A stretch of DNA of 64,000 nucleotides from Octopus vulgaris (Eukaryota), in NCBI GenBank assembly GCA_951406725.2, contig OX597815.1, positions 166,966,001-167,030,000 on the forward strand, given 5' to 3'. The position numbers and the translations under genes are program-made. Below, in pieces: positions 53,365-64,000 of the stretch (within the stretch, counting starts at the first letter, position 1; each line of letters starts with the position of its first letter). Below the pieces are notes generated by a model. It did no database searches. It worked only from the letters and a program-made list of their open reading frames with translations, and was not told the DNA's origin.

Positions 53365-53365
<1 letters not shown>
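52399..53365 (+). mobile_element. 5'-truncated Penelope-like retroelement (GIY-YIG C-terminus, pyrimidine-rich UTR, family A terminal repeat)
   Basis: 52399-52557 translates HFRSTGHSLQHLSVFGFSSHRGHPNSRLRHELGLIFSLRPFVPHGPNSPPLF*, matching the PLE GIY-YIG end pattern HF..H...R..E..I..L...P.GLN; HHR-like motif at 53234-53269; ends in (TA)n. Confidence 0.8.
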
Positions 53366-53409
<44 letters not shown>

Positions 53410-53414
53410 GTATA

Positions 53415-53454
<40 letters not shown>

Positions 53455-53456
<2 letters not shown>

Positions 53457-53833
53457 ATAACAAAATAATAAATAAAACATATTCATATATACACACATAT
53501 ATGTACGTACCTACATCTATATGTATATATACATGCATATATGGGTACAGGACACAAGAAAAACGTCGAACACAATGAGAAACGAAGACATAAAAACAGA
53601 ACCATGAAAACGGACATTTTTTTAAACAACGAAAAAACAGTACAACACAAGGAAAATTCCCCGTCTTCAGCCACCTCCGTTTCGTCTACCCCGTGTTATT
53701 TTTTCGTTCCTCATTGTGTTCGACGTTTTTCTTTTTGGTGTCCTGTACCCTTATATGCATGTATATATACATATAAATGTAGGTACGTACATATATGTAT
53801 ATATGCATGTTTTATTTAGTGTATTGTTATTAT
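53455..53833. mobile_element. (TA)n-anchored fold-back element
   Basis: Arms ~53455-53586 and ~53703-53833 are reverse complements; CTGAAGA on the minus strand in the loop. Confidence 0.7.
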
Positions 53834-53884
53834 ATGTTGGAAAGTAACGCATCCACTTCCAAGTAAGTTTTATTTATATTCTTT

Positions 53885-54283
53885 CTTTTACTTTCTTTTA
53901 CTTGTTTCAGTCATTTTGACTGCGGCCATGCTGGAGCACCGCCTTTTTTAGTCGAGCAACTCGACCCCGGGACTCATTCTTTTTGTAAGCCCAGTACTTA
54001 TTCTATCGGTCTCTTTTTGCCGAACCGCTAAGTGACGGGGACGTAAACACACCAGCATCGGTTGTCAAGCAATGCTAGGGGAACAAACACAGACACACAA
54101 ACACACACACATACATATATATACATATATACGACAGGCTTCTTTCAGTTTCCGTCTACCAAATCCACTCACAAGGCATTGGTCGGCCCGGGGCTATAGC
54201 AGAAGACAGTTGCCCAAGATGCCACGCAGTGGAACTGAACCCGGAACCATGTGGTTGGTTAGCAAGCTACTTACCACACAGCC
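53885..54283 (-). mobile_element. SINE family 2
   Basis: Matches 31354-31750. Confidence 0.85.
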
Positions 54284-54286
54284 ATA

Positions 54287-54322
<36 letters not shown>

Positions 54323-54343
54323 TGTATGTATGTATGTATGTAT

Positions 54344-54395
<52 letters not shown>

Positions 54396-54579
54396 ATTAG
54401 GGCTTAGTAAAATAAATTACTTTGCCACATACTGAACTTAGTAGAAATAGCAGCCAAAAAAAAAAATTTTCTTAGCATTTCTACAACTTAAAGAAAATTT
54501 CTCTCAGATAATGTTTACTCTAGACAGCCCACGAAGGTTTGGAGGTAAATACAGAAAAATATCACAAGTACATAGATCG

Positions 54580-54642
54580 TTTGAGTACGTCAACGTTTCA
54601 AGATTAGCCAAATAAAATCAGCATTTCTATCGTCAGCTCAAA
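54580..54642 (-). ncRNA. Type I hammerhead ribozyme (left-arm copy)
   Basis: Reverse complement of 55228-55290. Confidence 0.82.
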
Positions 54643-55227
54643 ATTTCTTAATTTGGATTTGGAAACACTAAAAGAAGGAACTTTACCTATCAGCGAAGTT
54701 ATCGCTTCAGATGAACCACTCCGACTAACAGTGTCAACAAATTCAAAATGCGCAAAACGTTGACGTACTCAAACGATCTATGTACTTGTGATATTTTTCT
54801 GTATTTACCCACCTTCGTGGTCTGTCTAGCAAACATTATATTTTCTGCGAGAAATTTTCGAGGCAGTATGACCGAGAGAAATGAATTATAATATCAACAA
54901 TTGAGGGTAAAATTAATTAATTAATCAATTTCGCCTTAAATGGTCCTTTTACATACTGAACACTTGGTGAAATTGATTAATTAATTAATTTTACCCTCAA
55001 TTGTTGATATTATAATTCATTTCTCTCGGTCATACTGCCTCGGTTCTCGCGGTTAAAATATAATGTTTGCTAGATAGACCACGTGGGTGGAAGCGGATTG
55101 AAGAAATTTACGCCTGCGCATTTTGAATTTGTTGACACTGTTAGTCGGAGTGGTTCATCTGAAGCGATAACTTCGCTGATAGGTAAAGTTCCTTCTTTTT
55201 AGTGTTTCCAAATCCAAATTAAGAAAT

Positions 55228-55290
55228 TTTGAGCTGACGATAGAAATGCTGATTTTATTTGGCTAATCTTGAAACGTTGACGTACTCAAA
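55228..55290 (+). ncRNA. Type I hammerhead ribozyme (apparently intact)
   Basis: TTTGAG-CTGACGA-T-AGA...TCT-T-GAAA-CGTTGACG-TA-CTCAAA; 6-bp stem I; stem III ACGT-tg-ACGT; GUA triplet. Confidence 0.85.
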
Positions 55291-55568
55291 CGATCTATGT
55301 ACTTGTGATATTTTTCTGTATTTACCTCCAAACCTTCGTGGGCTGTCTAGAGTAAACATTATCTGAGAGAAATTTTCTTTAAGTTTTAGAAATGCTAAGA
55401 AAATTTTTTTTTGGCTGCTATTTCTACTAAGTTCAGTATGTGGCAAAGTAATTTATTTTACTAAGCCCTAATTATATAATGTAAAATTTTGAATTCGCCT
55501 TAAATGGTCCTTTTATATACTGAACACTTGGTGAAATTGATTAATTAATTAATTTTACCCTCAATTGT

Positions 55569-55607
<39 letters not shown>

Positions 55608-56828
55608 CATACAACATACTTTCAGTTTCCGTCTATTAAAGCTTTTATCGGCCCGAGGCTATAGTAGAAGACACTTGCCCAAAGTGCAACGCAGAGAAAC
55701 CGATCCCGGAACTAAGTGGTTGGAAAGCAAGCTTCTTACCACACAGCCAATAGTAGAAAATATTTGTCGAATATGCTGCGCATTAAGACTGAACCCAGTA
55801 CCATATGGCTAGGAGGCAATTTTCTAGCCACAGAGCCACACTTACACCTATAAAAAATCAATTTTCACCCCACATTTTATTCTTCTGCTGTCTATACCCC
55901 CAAACTTGTATTTGAATGGGTTAGCTCTAAAAGGGACACTTAAATGTTTTTATGCTAAAAAATAGGAATGAATATGAGAGAAATTGATGGGATTTAAAGA
56001 GTGAAAAAGAAATAATAAAATCAAAAAACAGTGTTTAATTGAAGTTTGGCTATGCGTGAAAAAACACTACTAAAATGGACGTTGCTGGATGGATGAATTG
56101 GTGGATGCAGTGGGCGGTGTCTGAGAGATTTGTTGCTTGTCTAAGGAGAAAATAAGATTGTATCTTCGTTAGCGATTATTGTTTAACCTTCCAGAAAGTT
56201 CGTAAGAAAGAGAGAGGGAGAGAGATAGGGAGAAAGAAAGAAAGAGGTGGAGAAAAGAGGATTGAAAAAATACAAAATGTCTTGAGTGATGCTTACTTTA
56301 GATCGAGTCTACTTGTTAAAAAAAAAATGGATGTTGACGTGGACAGTACGGTCACTTAATATTGTTAAGTGACATTGTGATGTTATTGTTACTATTGCTG
56401 TCGTCTGCGCCCAAGAAAGTCATCTATCACCCTGCCTGCCTGCCTGCCTGCTCGCTTATCTATCCATCTATCTGTCTATTTATCTACCAATCTCTCACCC
56501 TCTCTATCTATCTAACTAATTATTCATCTACCTATATATCGAGCGTATCTGTACGTCTGGTCGTTTATCTGTCTTTCGGATTATTCCTTGCTTTTCTTGC
56601 ATGGCTGTCTATTTGTCTGTTTGTCACTTTGAAGTGTCATACTAGATATGACTACATTTATAGGTCTCGGTAGCTTCCCTGGTGTGTATAAGCCCACAGT
56701 TGAATTAGTTCCAAGATATAAAAGTAATACGGCCAATTTTTATTGTTTGCTTACTTATTTAGGTTATATACATCACAAGGGGAGACTGCGCACACATTTT
56801 CAAGTATGTTGTATACATGCATTTATAC

Positions 56829-56859
<31 letters not shown>

Positions 56860-56991
56860 AGTTTGTATGTGCATGCATGTGTGTATGCATATCGGTATAT
56901 ATATGGTTTATTTTTATTTTTTACTTGTTTCAGTCATTAAACACCGGCCATGCTTGAGCACCGCAGTTTTAGTCAAATGATTCGCCCCATA

Positions 56992-57690
<699 letters not shown>

Positions 57691-57726
57691 CCCGCACCCG
57701 CGTACGCACACATACACATACACATA

Positions 57727-58062
57727 TCAACGCTCATAATTGCTTACATACATACTAACAGAGACCGTAAATGGCCGAAAGCGGCAGTCGAGATATCCCT
57801 GTACTGTCGGACAGTTTCGGCTTTAACACGGAACCCTCTTCAGTAGGATCGGCACGACTCGCCAGATTCCGGACAATATCGCCGCTAGTATATATGTCTA
57901 CACCAAAGAAATCTATGGATGATTCAGCGAATCACTAATGTGTATAAAAATAATTAAAGTAGGCAGCAGTTTAAAGCCGAAATTGTCCGATAGTATAGGG
58001 ACACCTCGACTGCCGCTTCCCACCGTTTACGGTCATTGTATGTATGCAATTAAGCGCGTTGA
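57727..58062. mobile_element. Fold-back element with hammerhead
   Basis: Arms 57727-57826 / 57971-58062 are diverged inverted repeats. Confidence 0.7.
57797..57848 (-). ncRNA. Type I hammerhead motif (near intact)
   Basis: TCCTA-CTGAAGA-GG...CC-GAAA-CTGTCCGACAG-TA-CAGGG; the other arm has TA-TAGGG, which restores the first stem I pair. Confidence 0.68.
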
Positions 58063-58169
58063 CTGCAGCATCAGAACGCTTTAGCTCGTGTTTCTAGCAT
58101 TGTGGGTGTACTAACACCCCCAGTCATAGTTAATGCATACATACATACATACATACATACATACATACA

Positions 58170-58200
<31 letters not shown>

Positions 58201-58401
58201 CTACATATGTGTGTGCAAAAACTAATGTAGATTATATAGACTTCGAAGAAATGTGACAATCGACTTTAGTCAAAATACTCCTTCCTCGCTAGCTGAATTA
58301 TTGCAACTACCATCACTGCATTACCTTCAGGTTTGAGTTTACAAAAAACATTGAGTAAGCTTTCAGTTTCATGTGAAATTGCATTTGCTATAACTTCAAA
58401 C

Positions 58402-58662
58402 GTGGAGGCGCGTAGCTTAGTGGTTAGGGTGTCAGCATCATGATCGTAAGATTATTGTTTCGATTCCTGGACCGGTCGATGCGTTGTGTTCTTGAGCAAA
58501 ACACTTCATTTCACGTTGCTCCAGTTCACTCAGCTGGCAAAAATGAGTAACGCTGCGATTGACTGGCGTTCCGTCCAGTTGGGGAACACATACGCCATTG
58601 AAACCGGGAAACCGGGCCCATGAGCCTGGCTAGGCTTTAAAATGGGCGCATTTATTTGTTTT
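58402..58662 (+). mobile_element. SINE family 3 with 13-bp TSD
   Basis: TSD TATAACTTCAAAC at 58389-58401 and 58663-58675; sister of 14803-15067. Confidence 0.88.
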
Positions 58663-59299
58663 TATAACTTCAAACATTAGTGGGTTATTGAATGAATAAC
58701 AATATAACTAGTAACAAGATTAAAAAAGAATGGCCGTTTCCAATATTCCTTGTAATTTTCAACACTATTTTCTATATTTTGTATTAATCGGTAACAGAAG
58801 AAATTGTTGAGGATTTCAAGAATCTAATTTATTTGAAGTTTCGAATACTCAGATTTCTACATTTTATGATATTTACCATGTCTGTTCAAGGAGGAACAAC
58901 ATTTGAAAAATAGCATGTCAGCCAACTTGAATGAAAGATAACTTAGAGTAATTGAAACGGATAATAGTAATTACTATGGCGTTTCCTTATTTTCTATTTT
59001 ATAACTACTATCGATATTAAATGCAAGCAAAGCAATTTTATATTTTCTAATTTCAGTGTAGCTTTTGCATCATCACCTGCAAACAAAACTCATTACTATG
59101 TCTTAGCCAGAGAGATGTTACTGGTTGTGCTCTTGCTTTGGCAATATCCACTGGAAGCTTTTGGATGTGCTGTTACAAAAGTTAAAACTGAACATTAACA
59201 CCCACGAAGTTCGCCGTCAGTGAAGTCCCGACTCGAACCAGGTGGGACAATCGAGGACCATTAACATCAAAGAGTAGAAACTGACAGAAGCATTCAGCT

Positions 59300-59900
59300 C
59301 AGCCTTGTTGGACAATAAAACTTGTAGTGAAAGTAGTCTCAGTGTCAAACTAGATAGCAGTACGAGCAAGAGTGACGACTGGAAGGTTGGAAGAGCAACT
59401 AAGACGTTACAGGCCAAGTAAAGCGAAATCTATAACCATTAACAAGGTGATTCACCTATGTCATAGATCAGAAGCATGGACTTATACTACGAGTAGCATA
59501 TCTTAAATATTCATGATCGTACATCTAAGGCAGTTCATGAACATCACTTGAAAAGGTAAGGTGGGGAACAGTTCGACCCTAGAGAAAGTCAAGCCTACCT
59601 ATTTTGGAAGAGATATTTGACCACTGAAACACCAAATGGCTAGAGTATTCCAAGGAAGTCAGAAAAGGATGTTACCGACTACAATCCTGTAATCACAGTT
59701 GGCTAGCGATACAAGAAATCGGGTTAAGCCACGGTAGAATATTGTGGTTAATTATAACATGAGGAGATTGGGCATTGACATTGACAGTTGGCACACTGGA
59801 GACCGATACAGAAAGCTGTGGAGGATATTGATCGGCTTTCGATATTATAACCTAAGATTGTACATGTGGAACCTCATCGTCGATATGACAAAGAATAAAA
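59300..59900 (+). pseudogene. Decayed RTE-type LINE 3' region
   Basis: SEAWT-like remnant near 59470; RRLGIDIDSWHTGDRYRKLWR resembles the RTE C-terminal 'W...A.DR..WR' motif. Confidence 0.55.
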
Positions 59901-60652
59901 CAAATTCATGTGTCCTACTGTCCATGAATTACTGACACCAAGTAAGAAATCCCATTGTAAAGATGTTAACAATTGCATGACACTTATAAAGTTTTTATAT
60001 ATCTTGCATATATTGCTGTACTAGTTATATTTCATGTTTTCAGGCTGACGTCTTTCCTAATAAATAAATCAAACATTGCTTGTCTAATAACGACAGATTT
60101 CGTACAATAAAAAAATATTAGATTATCTGAGTAATATATCTTGAGTTTCTTTAGCAAAAATAAAACTCCGTCATCATATTTACCCCTTGAAGCAGTTCCC
60201 TGCAACTTGATTTTATTTGTCTCTTTAATACAGTAGATATTTTCACTTCTCCCCTACACTCTGTTCTCCATATTCTTTACGCTCCTCATACGTTTTACCA
60301 CTTAAATACATCCACCCACATATAGTCCCCCATTGGGGTGCAATAATTTTTATCTAATTTTTTTTTAGTTTTATTTATTTCTCGTCCTGAAAAAGTCTCA
60401 TCTCGTAACCGGTATTTAGCTTTGAAGTCGATGTCATAAAAGTTGGTTTACAGCCTCTCTTATACGAAGCCTTGTCAGGCTTGAGAGTGAAACCGTCTTC
60501 AGTTGTTTATTTAGTCACCTACCCCCTACTCCATTTTGTTTGGTGTTTTATTCTGCGTAAGAATTAATGACGCTTATGTTATATGTCAGGTCTATAAATG
60601 TCGTTTTTACATACATACATACATGTATATACATATATATGCATGTATATAC

Positions 60653-60706
<54 letters not shown>

Positions 60707-60862
60707 GTGTGTGTGTGTGTCCAAGAATGAACAAAATACGGAAAATTATATATATATATATATATACACACATATATGCATGTATATATATATATATATG
60801 TATATATATATACATATATGTATATGTATGTATATATATATATATATGCACATATATGCATG

Positions 60863-60929
<67 letters not shown>

Positions 60930-61254
60930 AAATTCATGTATGTGTGTACATAAACATACAGACATACATACATATATACGTACTTTGCGTATGATGTGCT
61001 TGATTTTAATGTGATCGAATACATTTCTAAAAGAGGAGTTAATTATATCTGACCGCTTTCTTTCCGAACTTAAAATTTATTTTAAATCAAGAGGTAGACT
61101 TTACTTATATGTGAGTTATAATGCTTTTTATAACAAATAAATACGTTATTAAAAGGCCATTAAATGACAGAAGTAAATGAGTACTTACCAGGCTAAATTT
61201 TTTTAAAATTTGGGTTATGTCCTATTCCATGGTGAGTTCAAATCACTGCTTATG

Positions 61255-61460
61255 TTGTTTCAGGCTCTTGCTTCATGGGGTTGGAGCCATCCCAGATTAG
61301 TGGTCCCAGAGACCAGGTCTTTCAGTACTCTCCATCGCTGGTAGTCTTGTGCCAGCCCCTCTGCAGCCTCCACGGTAACGTTGAGCCTCTTGGATATATT
61401 CCGCAATGACGTCCAGACATCTGATGCATCCGCACCAGATGACAGGACGTTCAAACCACT
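61255..61460 (-). pseudogene. RTE-type LINE 3' end fragment
   Basis: EAAEGLAQDYQRWR resembles the RTE 'A.DR..WR' C-terminal motif. Confidence 0.55.
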
Positions 61461-61664
61461 CCGATACCGAATTTAGATTTTATCCCTCAGAAATGTAAAT
61501 CTATAACATACACTGAAATCTACAGCATACACGGAAATCTATAATATACACTGAGGTTGCTGATTCAATCGAATAAATGTCACTTCAGCAAATTGAAAAA
61601 TCTACAAAAGTTTACAATCAATCCGTTAATAAATTAGTAACACAGGAGTTAAATTATTAGTCTC

Positions 61665-61868
61665 AAATTTTGGCAGAAGGCAAGTAATTTCGGCAGATGG
61701 GGTAAGTCGATTACATCGATTCTAGTTCTCAACTGGTACTTATTTTATCGACCCCGAAATGATGAAAAGCAAAGTCGATTTCAGCGGAATTTGAACTCAG
61801 AAAGTAAAGACGGATGAAACGTCACTAAGTATTTTGTCAGGTGTATTAACAATTTTGCCAACTCGCCG
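61665..61868 (-). mobile_element. SINE family 1 (diverged)
   Basis: Reverse complement of the consensus. Confidence 0.75.
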
Positions 61869-61948
61869 ACGTACATACATGAACTAAATTATCCAGTGTG
61901 TATGTTTTATTGGCGTAATGACCCTCCCGAGTTACAACAATAACTGTT

Positions 61949-61999
<51 letters not shown>

Positions 62000-62263
62000 G
62001 TGTGTGTGTAATAACATACATAAAATATGTATGTATGTATGTATGTACGTGTGTATGTGCCTACTATTGAGACAAAGTGTATATATGACACCTCTTCTTC
62101 AGCCGATTACCACAGTAACGTCACTTTCTATTAGTATATCCTCGTTAAGATATACCGATTGCTTTTCGGTTCTAATACTGCTTCTCATCTGTCTGTGACT
62201 TACCCAGTACAATGAGGGAGTATGTGCAGCCGAGTGCCCTGGTTTACAAAACCCTTTTTTTTG

Positions 62264-64000
62264 CACTAAGGCAAGGATGTGACAAGGTGGGATTTTTTTA
62301 CTAATTTTAATGTGATGAATTCAATTTTCTGAACAGTTTTGCCATATCACCTCTAGTTTTTTTTTTTTACTTTCACATATCCCATTTTAATTATACTGCA
62401 TATAAATTCAAAATATGATGTGTTTATTCCATCAATTACAAAAGCATATTACAGAAAAAAAACAATAACATAGATACATAACGTTGATGGAATTAAATTA
62501 CTTGGATAATACAATACACATAAATCATAGTACAGCAGACAGAGGTGAGTTTTTTTACGATCTTGTGTACTTTACCTCCGGTATGTCACGCAAGAGCATC
62601 CAGCAAAAGTCCCCCATCATGCTGGGGTTCCACTTGCCTTGGTATTTGCTTCCATCATAGTAATGCTCATCACTCACAGCTCCGAGCTTCGGAGGAAGTT
62701 GAGATGAGAGTGGAGAAAATGAATTTTGAGTGACAGTTGGCATTCCATATCCTCATAAGACTGTAACAACTTCTCAAGTCACACTTGGTAATCTAGTATC
62801 CGTGTGTAACCAAGGAAACCATAGCAGACTGACTTAAATGCTCCCCATCTCAGTTCCTTTAAGGCAAGAAGCTCCTTAAAGTCCTTATCCTTCAGCACCT
62901 CTCCAATCTGAGGTCCGATGAAGATGCCCTCCTTGAGCTTAGCATAACTCAGAGCTGGAAACAGAGTGCACAAGCTTGATATGAAGAGGTGGAAGAAGCA
63001 CTTTGTTCATGTCCACCAGAGGATTTTCTTGGACAGTGTTCACCAGGCACAAAAGTGCCCCTAGATCCTCAGTCCTTCTGCTTGGACACAAACCGGCTAT
63101 CCCAGAGACAGCGAAAGCAACAGTACCTTGTGAAGACCACTTGCATACACATAAGGAGCCTAATGACCTTGAGGTCTCCGCAGATTCCATTGGTACAGGT
63201 TGTACTTGACAGCTTCCAAAAGGAGCTCCACAGTATCATACCACTCCTTCAGATGGACTGAGTAGGCAATGGGAATGCTGGGATATTTATTCCCATTGTA
63301 CAGGAGCACAAACTTCAGACTTCGCTTGGTTGTGTCTACGAAAAGACGCCAGTCTGAGGGATTGTGTGGGACACCAAGAAAGGTGAACAAGCCAGAGACA
63401 TTTGTGCAGTAGAACAATCTGTTTTCGATGTCGAAGAAGGAAGCGAAGTCCTGGTTCCGTGTCCTGAAATTGGTGGCCCTTACATCTGCTTTGATTAGGT
63501 TCCACTGCCTAAGCCAGGATGCCAGGAGCTCTGAGTGCTGCTTAGATAGATACAAATCACGGGAATGGTCATTCAGGTCTCCCTCTATGGTCCAGTGGGG
63601 CTCATTACCACTTGCTCCTGAATAAACAGAGACATTGTCTTCAGAAGAGGTCGACTTGGCAGAATCTTCCCTTGAAGGCATTTCTTCATCTGATGAGGAA
63701 AGAAGATCCTTATTTGCTAGAGCGTGTAGGGACAGGGAGATCATCTGAGTGGGGAACAGATCTCATAGCTGATGGAATGTTGGGATTTTTGATCTTTTTC
63801 CGGAAGAAGCATTGAAAGCTGTTATAATTGTTAGACAAAAATAACAACCATCTGCATGGCTTCGTGGCTCCATCAAGATCATTGGTACAGGAAAGTTGAA
63901 GGCTGCTTTCTTGCCGTTAAGCCTTGCAGTTAGTTCATTGTAGCAGGGTTTTCAACAGATGTGTGGGGCCCATGATTTGTCCTGATTTCCAATTTTACAG
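62264..64000 (-). mobile_element. Decayed Chapaev3-like (CMC group) DNA transposon, running off the window end
   Basis: Frameshifted transposase: IGNQDKSWAPHIC..PM..EPRSH..CYFC; DLND..RDLYLSKQHSELLAS; WRLFVDTTKRSLK.VLLYNGNKYPSIP; LPPLHIKL; AKLKEGIFIGPQI; LGAVSDEH..YQGKW..MMGDFCWML. Putative CAC terminus at 62264. Family assignment is from recalled motifs. Confidence 0.78.

Larger units (their letters stand above)
54391..55574. mobile_element. Large nested fold-back element with two hammerheads
   Basis: Arms 54391-54754 / 55115-55477 are nearly identical inverted repeats; inner IR 54859-54932 / 54969-55042; direct repeat ~54928-55010 / ~55493-55574; (TA)n on both sides. Confidence 0.88.

Noticed and set aside
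60440-60505. Hairpin CTCTC...GAGAG followed by GAAACCGTC
   Set aside because: No CUGANGA upstream at the right distance.

Overview
AT-rich, microsatellite-saturated metazoan DNA, most likely intronic or intergenic octopus (coleoid cephalopod) sequence; the organism is inferred from the SINE and microsatellite landscape, not from a search. I see no convincing host gene, rRNA, tRNA gene or CRISPR array, and most listed ORFs are microsatellite artefacts. The window is a mosaic of transposable elements. These include CR1/L2-type LINE pieces (4207-5487, 5527-6552, 34190-35833), a hAT Charlie/Buster relic, and mariner, Helitron, R4-like, HERO-like, RTE and Chapaev3-like relics. There is also a Penelope-like GIY-YIG 3' end, several MITEs and many tRNA-derived SINEs. 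The main discovery is a set of mutually dissimilar, apparently non-coding elements, mostly anchored on (TA)n tracts and often fold-back or terminally repeated, each carrying a type I hammerhead ribozyme (HHR) motif. Apparently intact motifs lie at 36105-36169(-), 44110-44196(+), 54580-54642(-) and 55228-55290(+). Near-intact or decayed ones lie at 6944-7025, 33607-33702, 46685-46732 and 57797-57848. A three-copy family with an atypical core is physically linked to a GIY-YIG ORF. Together they look like a diverse Penelope-pLTR/retrozyme-like system exploiting (TA)n sites. All coordinates and folds were read by eye, and ribozyme activity is untested.
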